NCBI RefSeq assembly: GCF_006345805.1
Contig: NC_043008.1
Location: 25,792,001-25,856,000, forward strand
Source: Octopus sinensis
Lineage: Eukaryota
Reading direction: 5' to 3'
Length of the DNA stretch: 64,000 bases
Below the pieces are notes generated by a model that saw only the letters and a program-made list of their open reading frames with translations, searched no databases and was not told the DNA's origin. Below, piece by piece: positions 41,511 to 55,595 of the stretch. Numbering within the stretch: the first letter of the stretch is position 1; each line of letters begins with the position of its first letter. Made by a program: the position numbers and the translations under genes.

Positions 41511-44500
41511 TTTGAAAATGTGACTGAATATGAAAAACATGTCATTTTTTAAATAGATTTATTCACATACTAAACTGGTTTTGACAATTTTTTGTTTATC
41601 AATGGTACAAATTTATATATATAAAAAAACAGGGTATAGGAGAGTTTAAAATTACAGGATAAAAATTCGACAAACATGTTTAAACCATCAAGTGTTCAAA
41701 TGTTCACAGAAATTTCAATGACTTTCACAGGGATAGATAGTAATATCAATATTACTATCAGCTAAGATCATAACAAATGTACATTATTGAAAATTCATTC
41801 ATATTGAAATTTTATAAAATAAATGGGGAAGAAAGAGAAAAAGGCTGAGAGAAAGAAACAATGAATTTGTTTTTACAATTTCTGTCATGATTCTAAGTTA
41901 TATGGTAATAATTTTGATGATGCCTTATTCTTTTCTTATAGATGGTTTGGTAAAAAAATATTTTTATAAATAATATGTATAATATATACATGGAAATATG
42001 TGTGTGTATGTATGTTGTGTGTGTGTGTGTGTGTGTGAACATTTCCAATCTCATGAGTGAAGTTTAGGGAATTCAGAGACAATAACCCTTGTTGTCCATC
42101 TTCATTTTCTCTTTAGATTTAATTTTCTCAGTGGACCCCAGTTCTTTTGTAGCCCAGTTTACTGCTAGTGATGAGTTCCCTCAATGTTATCACTTATTAG
42201 GCACTCACTAATTGTGACAATTTATAATCATTGATTTTCAAGCCCACATCACCAGCCCATTCATCCTGCCTATAGCTGTAGACAGTAGTACCGTTTCTTC
42301 TTAGAGTCATACTCTAAAGAAAGAGGTGTGCATCATTCCTTGTGGTCTCACAGTACACCAAACACTAATCCAGGATTTCTAAATTCTTACACAATTATTA
42401 CATAGCTGTTGACCTTATGACTGTTCCAGCCATTGTTTTGGTATTGATTTTATTCTTCTGAGTTTCTAGTTACCCTCCTTACCAAACAGGCTGTGCATGA
42501 AGTGGCTTGACTATGCAGTAGTACGACTACAGTCCATTGGCTTATAAATTTAAAAGAGTAAAAGCATAATATATATGTAGTGGACCTGGAATTATAAGTA
42601 AAAAATAAAGACCTCTCTTATACAGTACATATAAAGACATGAATATTATTGGTTGAGAAATATATTAACATTTCAGAACATACAGAAAGTGTGTCAATAG
42701 CCAGCTGGAGAAGATGTTCTCCTGTGCTACAAGCTACAGTAGCATCCACCCTTAGTGATTAGCCACATTTAAGTGGCAAATATACTTCACATTTCAGAAC
42801 AGTTTAGAATCTAAAAAAATTGGAAAAAATATTTTGGAATATCCTCAGGCCATGAAACTGGTCTAAGTCCATGCCAGAATGGAACTTGTTCAATGATAAC
42901 TATGAACTGTTGTTTGGAAGTCAGCACCTCCACCAAGGTAAAATAATTTCAGCTCCTATTTTTAACTTATCAGTTTTACTTTGAAGGCCAATCTGAGGAT
43001 ACTGTAGTAGACATGCCCTCTGTGCAACACAGTGTGAATAAGCCCAAAACCAGATGTTCGTGATGTTGACTTTTTAACCACACAACTATATGTAGTGCAT
43101 CTCATTAAATTGGAGTATTGTGCAAAAACTGGTTATTCATAAACAATCACATCAGAACATTATTAGGTCTAGACACACTATTCCCAGTATTTTGTTGACA
43201 CATGCCAGTATTCAAGATTTGCATGCAAGAATCACTAAAACATCTTATATCTTAAACCATTAAAGTTAAGCATTTGGACATTCAGAGCAAGTCAGTGAAT
43301 GATTATAATATTGGTATGGAACATTAGTTTTTACTGGATATTTCACAATATCTGTTACAATACAACATGGCATAGAAAAAGACATGACTCTGGTGTTGTA
43401 GTAACTGAGGTGGTCTTGACAGCAACCTTTAATTCCACCTGGTTTATATGATGCAAGTTGGCCCTTTTTTTAATCAATAAACTGCAGAACCTCTATAAAG
43501 TTTCAGTTAGGTGAATTACAAGGCCATGTTTAATAAAGGCCATTTTAATAAAGGCCAGTTAGGTGAATTACATGGCCATGTTAATGAGATGATAAGAGGA
43601 ACAGGCAGTTGTTGCTTTTGCACTCTATTTATGCCAGTCTTGATGGAACAGAAATTCACTTTCACCCAAATAGTGTGTTGGCTGATGGAATAGTATAGCA
43701 TTTTACACAAAATAGTATAGTATTTTAACATATTCATACGACAAGGCACCTGAAACCAACCTTGACTCTGAGAACTTAACAAAGGACTTCCAGCACAGCA
43801 AGAGTTTGAGAGAGTGCTAGAAAAACAGACAACAAAAGCTAACAAACATGATTTTGATGCAATAACAGGAAAAAAAAAACAATTTAAATTTAATTAACAC
43901 AAAATGAGAACCAGTAATGTAGTTGATTTAATTGATCAATCACAAAAAATATTGGCCCTTTAAATGCTTCACAGAGTTCAAATCCTGTTGAATTCAAATT
44001 TACCTTTAGTTCTTCTGTAGATGATAAAATAAAGCATTAGTGAAGTATCAGGGTACATTTGCAGCATTATATCAACCCAATCTAAAAATGTTATCTTGTC
44101 AGAAAAGAGAGCCAAAATTGAACACTGTTAAACATTTCATCTGCCTGCTAATATTTATGCTACAATAATTACATATGTTGTTTTTATTTCTTCACAATAA
44201 TGATTCATGAAACTGAAGTTGAAATAAATTTATAAAAAATCTTAAAGTAATGAGAAAAAAAGAAAACGGAAATAATCTATTTCAAGCCAAAAGGAAAATA
44301 TTGTCAACAAGAATAAAACACATTTTAAAAGATATTCCATCAAATTCTTATGCACAATATCACTTGTAGCAGTATTAGTGGAGGCAAAGTATCTCAAATA
44401 AGTTTCATTTTTCCCTTACTTCAATGTTACTCCACTGTTTTAAATAATGGCCATTGAAGGAAGAAAAAACAAAATATTCTTAGGAAGGATTATTGCTGAC

Positions 44501-45239
44501 TGTTTATAATCTGACAAACAATAATCTCACAATTTCCACTGTTGAAGATCTATGTAGAGTTTATTTAATTTTCTTTATGTACTAGAAACACCAGGAAAAT
44601 ACAATAAAGACAATTGTTGGTTTAGCATAGTTAGTGTCTATATGCCTGAGAACACGCACGCAGACACACACACATACACACATGCATATATATATATACA
44701 CACACATATAAATATACACATACAGTGAAACAAAAATAAAACCGACATATACAGATATGTATAATATCTAGAATCACACACACATACAGGTACATAGATG
44801 TAATGAGACACAAAAAAAAACATGCATGCATACATATATATTTATATAAATGTATATTTGTAAAGATGCATACATACAATGAAACAAAACAAAACACACA
44901 TATGCTCACATACATACTTATATATACAATATATAACATAATATATAATACCTATACACACACACATACATATATATATATGCGTACAGTGAAACAGAAA
45001 AATAAGCATAAATATGAACACTCATGGCTGTTCACTATCATAAAGACACATATCACCACCATAATTACAACTAAGTTTTCTTATCACTCAAGAATACAAG
45101 AGATGTGCTCCTGCAGACATGTACCTGCACCATGAGTAAATACCATGCAATGACAGGTAGAAAAGGGAAAAGACTGTTACAGAAAAATCATTGAAAATGT
45201 CAATGAAAGACAGATATTAATTGATTATCTATCACCAGT

Positions 45240-45860
45240 GTGTATATTATTAAAAATGTAATAATATATATATCTGTAAATGTAATATGTGACGATTATT
45301 CAGTAGCCATGATAAAACTCCAAGATTTGGATGTCGGGGTGGAAATCCATGCTGCCATCTCTTCAGTTATCCAGCCATCGGCCAAACTGCTCTCTTTCTA
45401 TCAATATATATATATATTTAACCGTTCTTGTACAGAAATTGTTTCTTTGCACTGGTAGATGGGAAAAACTGTGATATTTGGCTGGAGATTCTCTACACAT
45501 CTCTTTATGTGAGCACTCAAAGGTATCAGTCTATACTTTGGGAAATGGATCTGTTCCTTATGTAGTGTGGTTCTCTGTCTAAGTACCATACTTCTCTGTC
45601 CTGTATAGCTATGTCCACAACCTGAACAAGTTATAATATAAATTAAATTCTTGGATGCACAAGTGAAGTTAGTCTTAATTGTTAACCTCTCTCCTTGTTT
45701 GAGTTGGAATTCCAAGCCTTCATGAAGATTGGAGCATGTTCCACAGTTTAAATGTCCACATTTTTGAACAACTGGTTTTGTGGTTGTTGTGTTTGTATTT
45801 GTCAGTGACTCAGGTTGCCTCTAACATTTGATGAATTTATGTGTTATCAGAATGTTGCTC
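45240..45860 (-). mobile_element. Penelope-like 3' end: GIY-YIG domain followed by hammerhead-bearing pLTR
   Basis: FTCASKNLIYIITCSGCGHSYTGQ...LRQRTTLHKEQI...LSAHIKRC. Downstream gataa-CTGAAGA-gatg...catc-CAAA...GTT-ttatc at 45311-45371. Confidence 0.85.
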
Positions 45861-46166
45861 ATTATATATATATATATGTATTTTTTATATTATGTATATG
45901 TACACACACACACACACACACACACATATGGCTAGGTGCAGACCTGGCTGTGTGGTAAGAAACTTGCTTCCCTACCATATGGTTCTGGGTTCAGTCCCAC
46001 TGCATGGTGCCTTGGGCTAGCGTCTTCTACTATTGCTTCAGGCCAATCAAAGCCTTGTGAATTGATTTGGTAGACAGAAACTGAAAAAGTCTCTTGCATA
46101 TGTATATATATATGTATGTATATATATATATGTGTGTGTGTGGATACATATATACATATATACATT

Positions 46167-46212
<46 letters not shown>

Positions 46213-46267
46213 GCAAACACACATATGTACATACATAATTACACATATATACACACATATCTACATG

Positions 46268-46805
46268 CAGGGTGTTTGGGCTACATTTGACAGTTTGCAT
46301 AAAAAGAAAAGAAAACACAATATCCCATCCAAAACTATAAGTATTTTAAAAAATCAAAAGAAATCAGTGAGATTTTGACTAGGAGCTAACTGCTTGCTCG
46401 AAATAGCCCTTTTCAGCTTCCATCATGTCCTCAAGATTGTTCATGGACTTGGTGCCTGTGTTTTTCACTGAGTCCCTGGATAAATCCTTGAATATTTCCT
46501 TGATCTTGGCCACCGGCTTGACTTTGATGATGCAGGCAGAGTGGTCAGTGTCTTAGTCAACCATGCACTACATATAATAATCCATGAGACTAAAATCATG
46601 GAAATTAGGAGGCCAGAAATTGGGCCTCTTCAACCAGGGTTTGACCACAGTCACCAGCAGCTTCACATAGCTGTTTGAATTGAGCCTAATGCTCTCTTTA
46701 AAGAGACATCACTCTCACTGGAGACACACACAAAAACCATTGCAGTTTGGGGATACTTTTGTTCATGACACATGGGACATCACATGGGTTGTAGGCAAGC
46801 CATCT
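46268..46805 (-). mobile_element. maT/DD37D-like transposase C-terminal remnant
   Basis: FWPPNFHDFSLMDYY...MMEAEKGYFE; begins cagggtg on the plus strand. Confidence 0.65.
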
Positions 46806-47369
46806 GTTAAGTTCTATACATATGAATAAATTCTAAACAGAATCACAACCCCAAATTTAATCAATAATTCTCCACAACAGCTCTCCTTTACAACCTACCC
46901 TATAAACTAATTACTGTTCGACTGAACCTCACAAACTCCAGAACAATGTTATTTTAACAGAGATTATATAAAGCATTATTAACTTAATGCATTGCAGTCT
47001 GATCAGACTGAAACTTCAAAGTCACTGTCAACAACATTCTTGTATAAGAATAATAAACTTGTACTCTACAAAAGTAAGGAGTAACCCTTCATATTAATGT
47101 AGGATTTAAAAAAATTTAATTAAACATAAAAGCAAATATTGTTATTTTCATACATACACACACATATATATGTACATTTAAGTGTGCATATTGTTGTGTA
47201 CCTCCAGTACTACTTGACAACCAATGTTGGACTAATTAAATGAGACAATTAGAATAAATGCCAGCCTTAGAAATAAGTATTGGCACCGTCAAGGCAATGT
47301 CACAGCATGGGTACAGTTCAAAGACTGAAATAAGTAAATACTAAAAGGTAAACAATAAAGATGTGTGTG

Positions 47370-47403
<34 letters not shown>

Positions 47404-47429
47404 TACACATACACACACACAAACACACA

Positions 47430-47463
<34 letters not shown>

Positions 47464-48345
47464 CAAGTATGTGTGTATTATACGTTGTTTGATGAATTTG
47501 GAGGAATGAGTTGAGTCAATGAATGCTTTCCAAAACTCATGAGACTGAGGATGTTTATGTTTTGTTTAAACATTTGCAGCTCAACAGGTGCCAGAAAGAC
47601 ATTAGTGGGTAAGAGATTCCAGAGGAGTAACTTTCTGGGTATGAAGAGTTTGGCATAGTTGCTAGGTGGGGAAAGGGTATGGTCCTGTTAGGTGACAGGA
47701 AGTGCAAAAAGTAGTGGTTTGATACCTGAGTAGTGGAAGTATGAGAACAGCTGAGTCTGAGGAGCAAAGGCTGTTAGAATAGTGATAGAAAAGATAGAGA
47801 GAGGAGACAGCATGTCTGTGGGCCAGAGTGTGGAGCATGTTTTCTTTAGATGCCTGCCAAGATATAAATGTTATTTTTTGGGTCCTTCAATTTTTCTCAA
47901 CCGATCAATGGGTTGATTGAGTAAACCTATCGATAACAAACCAATAATGACTACCGGAAACAGCTGTAAGTCAAATTTACTCCAATAAAGGAAAATATGT
48001 AATGACCATTATTTATACCTTGTCTTGTATATCACTCTGTGTAAAAGACCACTCTAACTGGAACACAAACCATGGATTTACAATATGGAATGGTGATAAA
48101 CTATAACCTTGGACCCTGCCACAGGAATACGCAAAGTTCTTTACTAATCTAAACAATATTGTTAGCCTAATCTACTAAGAGAGAGCTTATAAAATATTTT
48201 GTCCATATTGGTAATCCCACACTAATAACTGTCTGTCTGTATGTATGTATGTATGTATGTTTGTATGTATATCATTATGCAGCTTATTTCAAGATTTCTT
48301 GCCAATAGAAAAAGAATCAGTTTCTAACCCTAGATCCAAGACTCC

Positions 48346-48350
<5 letters not shown>

Positions 48351-48380
<30 letters not shown>

Positions 48381-48532
48381 TGTATGTATGTATGCATGTA
48401 TGTATTTATGTATGTGTGTATGTATGTATGTATGTATTTATGTATGTGTGTATGTATGTATGTATGTATGTATGTATGTATGTATGTATGTATGCATGTA
48501 TGTATTTATGTATGTGTGTATGCATGCATGTA
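48351..48532. repeat. Imperfect (TATG)n microsatellite
   Basis: Directly visible; source of spurious MYVC-repeat ORFs. Confidence 0.95.
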
Positions 48533-48594
48533 TTCATCCCGCAATCCATACACATACCCATGTTTTTGAATTCTATTTTTCCTATTTACATCTA

Positions 48595-49830
48595 GCTGTG
48601 TCACTATCAGAACTAGAGGAGAAGTCTCAGGTGTGGAAACAAGGACTAGAATTGGACTTAGAGTCAACCTAGCAAAAACCAAAGTCTTAATAAGTAGTAA
48701 GGCTGACAAAACACAAATCCCTTCAGGTAGATGGTCCTGCTCAATCTGTAGAAAAAGCATGGGTAGAAACTCATGTACCCAGTGTAAGCTATGGACACTT
48801 AAGAGGTGAGGCAATATCAAAGGAAGGCTAACTGCAAAGATACTTTTGTGTGTGACAAATGCTAAGGAGCAATAAACACTGAAAATATGCAGAGAGCAGC
48901 TTCCTTCACATTCCAGGAGGAAAAACTACAAGTAGTTGATAGCTTCCATTACCTAGGTGACCAAGTCAGTAGTGGGGGTGGATGCTCTGAAAGTGTAGCT
49001 GCTAGAATAAGAATAGCCTGGACACAGTTCAGAGAGCTCCTACCTCTGCTGGTGACAAAGGGCCTCACACTCAGAGTAAAAGGTAGACTGTATGACACAT
49101 GAGTACAAACAGCCATGCTACATGGCAGTGAAACATTGGCTGTGACTGCTGAGGATATGTGGAAGAGGTAGACCCAAGAAGACCTGGGATGAGGTGGTGA
49201 AGCATGACCTTCAAACATTGGGCCTCTCCAAGGCAATGACAAGTGACCAAGACCTTTGGAGATATGCTGTCTTGAGAAGACCCGGAAAGCCAAGGAAGAC
49301 CATAACTGTGGCCTATGCCAGTGCTGCATAACTAGGCCACTTACCAGTCCATTTAAGAGTACCTTTCAAGCATTGGGCAATAATCTCTGCTTGTGAAGAC
49401 CTGTTTCGGCAAGTGAAATTGTTGTTGTGGCCAATGACACTACCGCCTGACTGGCACCCAAGCCAGTGGAATGTTAAAAGCACCATTTGAGCATGATTGT
49501 TGCCAGTGCTACCTGACTGGCTCCTGTGCTGGTGGCATGTAAAAAGTACCATTCGATTGTGGTCATTGCAAGTGTCGCCTGACTAGCTCCTGTGCCGGTG
49601 GCATGTAAAAAGCACTATTTGAGCATGGTTGATACCAGTAACACCTGACTGGCCCTCGTGCCGGTGGCACATTGAAGCACCGACTACACTCTCGGAGTGT
49701 TGGGCATCCAGCTGTAGAGACTTTGTCATATCAGATTGGAGCCTGGTGCAGCCTTCTGGCTCACCAGCCCTCAGTCAAACCATCCAATCCATGACAGCAT
49801 GGAAAGCGAATATTAAACGACTACGATGAT
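48595..49830 (+). mobile_element. RTE LINE 3' part with an internal deletion
   Basis: SLSELEEK, VVDSFHYLGDQVSSGGG, tandem 3' UTR units, gacgatgat-like tail. Confidence 0.9.
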
Positions 49831-50413
49831 TATATATATATATATATTTCTGCTGCTGTTAGTGTCAAGGTTGTTGAGCTACTTCATTTGTTAACCACTT
49901 GTGATGCTAGATGTCAAAAGCTGTCACAAACAGTAAACCTTCAGATTTTTTAAGCCATGCTTCCAAAGTATACGTTGTGATTAGGAAAAGGGAAAATAAG
50001 GATGTTGTATAGTGTAAATGTGAGTTGCAGGGAAATGTTTAAGCTGATGCAAAACCTAATTTTTAACATTTTCTAATCTATTTGCTACTCTCCTATTAAC
50101 AATACAAACCCTGTGTTATGTCATATTTATAGAAATATCCAGTGTGATCGTTTCCTTATCAGATTACAGGATCTTGCACTTCACACCATTTATTTCATAA
50201 GCCCCTTTTACCAGCTTTAACTGCCAGGCTTCCCCTGTTATTAGTTAAAATGTATCTCTATTTGTTTAAAATGAAAGAGGCACACTCTCATCACTTCTTA
50301 AATTTACTTTTCCTCCTGTCATGAAGGATTCTACAGAACATTTTCTCAATATAGATAGAAAATTAGCAGCCCTTTAATTCTCTGGATTTTGCTTGTTGTC
50401 CATCTCACATATA

Positions 50414-52048
50414 CATAGTCTGATCAATAAGTATCCGAACTGTTTCCATAGTAACAAAACTAAAGCACACAGTCAAGCTGCTTGGCACAGATTGACCTTG
50501 GACTCTGCTGTGCATGTGCACTAAGTTTTAATGGTCAACATAAAGACCTTTACCCAGGAACAAAAATAAAAATTAACCAGCCTGGGGTGCTAACAAGTGT
50601 GTGGAAAACAAATATGAAAAAGAATGCGTACTAACGATCTTGGGGGGCGATGAGGGGGACTTTTGGAAAATTCACAAGATCCAATTTTCTTGTCATAAAT
50701 TTGGGTAAAATGAATATATATTGTTTTGTTTTTTTATAGAATCCCACTTTTTGTCTATGGAGGATCCCATTCCGAAAAAAAAAAATTTTTTAAATTTCAA
50801 TTCTCTCCCCATCACCTTCATTATTCACTTTTTCTGGATTTTTTTTTTTTTTGCGAAATACATGATTCTTAAAAATATTTGTTTGTAAAATTTCAATTTT
50901 TCAACAAGCTAAAAAAAGAAGAATATATATCCTCAGGCTTTCAAGCCAGCTATCCACATGCTAGAAATAACAGCCAAATCTCACAAAACTGCAATAACAT
51001 AATGAAATTTCGAAAATGCGATTTTTGAAAACTTTTTTTCCAGCATCGGATCCTCCATAACCAAAAATCTGGGATTCCGTAAACAAAAATCAATGTATAT
51101 CCATTTTACCTGAATTTATGATGGAAAAATCGGATCTTGTAAATTTTCTGAAAATCCCCTCCCCAACCTCTAGGGTCGGCAGCACGCATTTTTTTAACAT
51201 ATTTGTTTTCCACACACTTGTTAACATCCACCAGGCTGGTTAATTTTTTTTTCTTCCCAGGTGAGGATCTTTATATTGACCATTTTAATGTTCTAGCTCA
51301 CTTCCCTGTTTACAGCAGTGCTTGGAAGGAATGTGAGTAGTGTGTGATCATCGCATTGAGCATGACAGAGTAAGTTGAGCAGAGAATCTGCATCAAATAT
51401 TGACAAAAGCTTGGTGATATCTGTTCAGAGGCCTATGCAAAGTTTTCAAAATGTTTTCATCGTTCTCGACTCAATCAAGGAGATATTATGCAACTGAAAC
51501 CCCGAGTGTCTTTTTGGTCAGCTGAAAACAGTTTTGGCACAAACTTGGCAGACCCCTGTCTCATACCCAAATCTTCAGTGATAATAAAGTGAACCAAACC
51601 ATAACTAATCTGCACATCCTCTGATAACTCACAGATAGTGATTCTACGATTTCTTCTTACAACTGCATGCACATCTGCAATGTTTTCCTCAGTTCTGCTG
51701 GTTGCAGATCTCCGAGAACATTTGTCATTATCAACAGTTTTTTGACTACCTTGAAAACATCTGAACTGCTCATACACTTGGGTGTAGCACATACACTTTC
51801 TCAACTTTGCGTAGGTTTCTCAGCAGGTATCGCTATGATAACTTTTTCTGTCATTGTCAGTGTGACAATCACACGCTACATATGCTCCTTCCAAACACTG
51901 CTGTAAACAGCGGAAGTGAGCTAGAAAGTTAAAACTTAGTGCACATGCACAGCAGAATCCAAGGTCAATCTGTGCCAAGAAGCTTCATTCTGCATGCTTT
52001 AGCTTTGTTACTATGGTAAAAGTCCGGATATTTATTGATCAGACCTCG
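50414..52048 (-). mobile_element. Mariner derivative with long inverted ends
   Basis: TA-flanked gtctgatcaataagtatccg / cggatatttattgatcagac. ORF 51475..51804 ...RRITICELSE...SYG...EDLGMR..SAKFVPKL. Confidence 0.88.
50533..51281. mobile_element. Fold-back MITE with GG...CC termini and 8-bp TSD (Merlin-like)
   Basis: ggtcaacataaagac / gatctttatattgacc; arms about 250 bp; TSD gttttaat/attttaat. The mirror mariner end lacks it. Confidence 0.8.
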
Positions 52049-52329
52049 TATTTGTACTAGCAGCATTTTGGAGCCTTTACCATTTTCTGAAATATGCTGG
52101 ATATTACATGTAACATATTACCCATATGCTTTTCTCCAGCAGGTTATATATGTCTGTAAATATGTATGCTTTCACTTTATTTTAACTTATTTTTCCTTCA
52201 AAGAGACTTTGAATTTGGGGAACTGTGTTTCCAGCACTGTAAATATTTCGAGCACAGACCTTAAAGTAATCCACAAGAAATTATGAATAATATTTGTACC
52301 TCTTGCTGTTATAAACTTTAGGACATAGT

Positions 52330-52600
52330 GAGTAGATTTTCACAAAAGAAATGATAATTGATTTATGACAAAAAGAAAATATATTCCAGAAACATGTAGG
52401 CTGTCACCTTGGCATATTCTCACTGAAATAGTTATAATATCCGAGACAACTTTTCGATTTTCAGTTATAAGTATGAGGATCATGGTCCAGGTCTTGGTGA
52501 GCCTTTCAATGGCAACAGCTAAGGCAGCAGGTACTTTTACCAGTTGCAGTGATTTCAGTAACTTAATGTGAGAAATGAATTTGAATGCCATTTTGTAAAT
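52330..52600 (-). mobile_element. R4/Dong-like RT fragment
   Basis: ITISVRICQGDSL...FLFVINQLSFLL resembles GIFQGDSLSP...LNPLS.LL. Confidence 0.55.
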
Positions 52601-53595
52601 AAGACATGCAGTATAAAATTTCAGGGTTATTAATTTTCCCTCAAAATCTGGAGTAAAATCTCTGTACATTTTTTATAGTTCTCTCAGGAGGTGTTGTTGA
52701 TGTGTTTTGTACTTGCCTTTCACTTTACACTTCATGTGATCCCTGTAAATACTGCCTGAACAGAAACAACTGACAAATGTACAGTTGAAAATCATTTTAC
52801 AACTACAGTTTGAAAACAGTTTTGTCAGCTTTTGTAAGTTATCATTAAGTAACAGACCTTTTTTGAGAAGAGTAGGAAAATGATCAACCCCTCACATGAA
52901 ACAAGATGTAAATGATATCACTGGAGACAGTACAAAAAATACAGAAACTTGTAATGGAATATCAATAATGTACTTTGTATTCTACTGCTGTTACTGTGAA
53001 GCAACACCAGAGAGATAATTTAAAATTTATTTAAGATAGTGTTAACCCTGCTGAACACTTCAAAATTCTGCATCAAAATGCATTAAGTATGTTCCTTTTT
53101 GGTCCATTCATTTTGTATTGGCATCATGTGACTGGAGTATTTAAATATATTGTAACAATAAATTGCCTTGTGTTCAGAATGGCTGACAATGTATTCTTAT
53201 TTGGTATGCAGAAACATATCTGAATATGTCCTGATATATCAGATATAACAGATATATCAGCTTTATATCATGTATACATGCACACATACACATACATTTT
53301 ATGTTATGCATAGAAATCATGCACAGTACCAGAATTTTCAATTTGAGTCAAATATAATAAACTGCTCCAAATCCTTGTTTGAATATTAGTTTAAGTGGTG
53401 CTAGGACAGATTAGTTTTTACTGCCATTAAGTTGTACTAGTTGTAATAATAAAATAAAACTAAATAAAGCTTTTGATATGTGTGTGTGTGTGTGCATCTG
53501 TGTGTGTGCGTGTGTGCGCGTGTGCATTGGGTTGGCAAGAAAGATACATACATAGATACATGCATACATACATACATGCATACATACATACATAG

Positions 53596-53628
<33 letters not shown>

Positions 53629-54189
53629 TGAAATGTGGAAATTGACGATTTATAGTCTGTTCTCAGCATATTGGCATAGAAATAATTTTTCTTTTGCCCT
53701 TGTTTATAAGTTGTTTATAATTTTAACCTTTAAAAGTATTTTAATATGTTGTCATTTTTGATGAAATTTTTTTCTGAAAAAAATGTTTATACTATATTGA
53801 TATATATATATATATGTATGTATGTATGTGTGTGTATACATAAATATATCTATATATATGTATTGTTTTTGTATTTTATATTCGTATGGCATCGTCCATT
53901 TTTCTGTCCCTGTTTCGTATACATTCGATCCTTTTTCCAAGAAATCTAATGCTCGTAGCTTAGTTTTTCCTCGGGGCTGGCCGGATCGGAGCGATCTCAA
54001 GATTAATCAGCCGAAATTGTTAGGATGATCCGGTTCTTGACTGAAGATTGAAGGCTTCCTGTTTTTTGTATCGTCTTCTAAATGTTTTACGTTCTTGTCC
54101 CAGTTTGTTTTTTTCTACATATAATATATATATATATTTATGTATCTATATATATATTTTATATATGTGTGTATGTGTGTATATATGTG

Positions 54190-54264
<75 letters not shown>

Positions 54265-54521
54265 ATGATATAGATGCAGGCATGGCTATATGGTAACTAT
54301 AGCTTCGGGCCAGCCAAAGCCTTGTGGGTGGATTTCGTAAGACTGAAACTAAAAGAAGCCCATTGTATGTATGTTGTGTATATATATATATATATATATA
54401 TATACAAAAAGCAATAAAGATTCAAGTCAATTTTAATGAATTTACTTGAATATGGTACCTAACTTAGATGCACCAAAAAACTATACGGTTTTAACAATAC
54501 AGTAATGTGGGGTGATTATAA

Positions 54522-55121
54522 GCGAGAAAGAAGCAACAAGAATGGATAAGTTTTTAGTACAATCGTTTCATACAAAGACAGGCTTTATTAAAAGTTGCAA
54601 AAATTGCAGCATATAAACGTGTCCCGTACTCATCAGCTAAAATACATGTGAGTTCTCTAGACATCTTAGTGGTTGAGGCTATACTCATGAAGTAATGTAG
54701 ATAATTAAGTAACATAAACAGATTTCCAAAGTTCATTAAAGTTCTTTAAAGATGATGTACAGTCTTATCACAGATTTTTAAAAAAGTTTTAATAGCATCA
54801 CAGAGAAGTTGACTTAATCCATGGATTAAGTCAACTTCTCTGTGATGCTATTAAAACTTTTTTAAAAATCTGTGATAAGACTGTACATCATCTTTAAAGA
54901 ACTTTAATGAACTTTGGAAATCTGTTTATGTTACTTAATTATCTACATTACTTCATGAGTATAGCCTCAACCACTAAGATGTCTAGAGAACTCACATGTA
55001 TTTTAGCTGATGAGTACGGGACACGTTTATATGCTGCAATTTTTGCAACTTTTAATAAAGCCTGTCTTTGTATGAAACGATTGTACTAAAAACTTATCCA
55101 TTCTTGTTGCTTCTTTCTCGC
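54522..55121. repeat. 600-bp zero-spacer palindrome between (TA)n tracts
   Basis: Centre CCA|TGG at 54821/54822. Identical mirror ORFs 54554..54736(-) and 54907..55089(+). No arm mismatches seen in the stretches compared. Confidence 0.96.
55001..55091 (+). ncRNA. Minimal type I hammerhead ribozyme motif (mirror copy at 54552-54642, minus strand)
   Basis: Stem I ttttag/ctaaaa; CTGATGA 55007-55013; long stem II gtacgggaca...tgtctttgtat; GAAA 55074-55077; C-gatt-G; GTA triplet ending at 55085. Confidence 0.78.
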
Positions 55122-55156
<35 letters not shown>

Positions 55157-55157
<1 letters not shown>

Positions 55158-55551
55158 TAGCAGCTAAGTCTAGTTTCACCCGGTCTGTTTGGATGATGTG
55201 GCTGTGATCGTTTTCGGTTAGGCATAATCTATAACAGCGTTTCTCAAACTTATCCTTTCGGGTCCCCTGTTTCGACTGGAGTCTCCAGTAGTATGAAAAT
55301 TTCCCGACCTCCCCCTACCTTATCAGAAAACAGCTTCAGGAATTGTGAAGAACGAATTTGTTGGTAGTCTGTTTCTGAGAGCTATTTTATTGGACATGTG
55401 TCTCATCATTAAAACATTGATTTAATTATGAACATAGAAAAAAATTGTACATTAACCCCTGTGTTTGCAAGCATTTGTATCCGTAAAAGATTTTATTTGC
55501 AGAGAGCAGAAATTGAAAGAAGATTTATGAAATGGACGTGTGTGTGTGTTT

Positions 55552-55595
<44 letters not shown>

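Noticed and set aside
47940-47975. GAAACAGCTGTA hammerhead half-site
   Set aside because: No upstream CUGAnGA box or stems could be placed.
49430-49680. Regularly spaced repeats resembling a CRISPR array (also 830-1090, 7590-7760)
   Set aside because: These are degenerate tandem units of the LINE 3' UTR with no unique spacers or cas genes, in a eukaryotic context.
54554-55089. Twin identical 60-aa ORFs
   Set aside because: A by-product of the palindrome; no recognisable protein motif.
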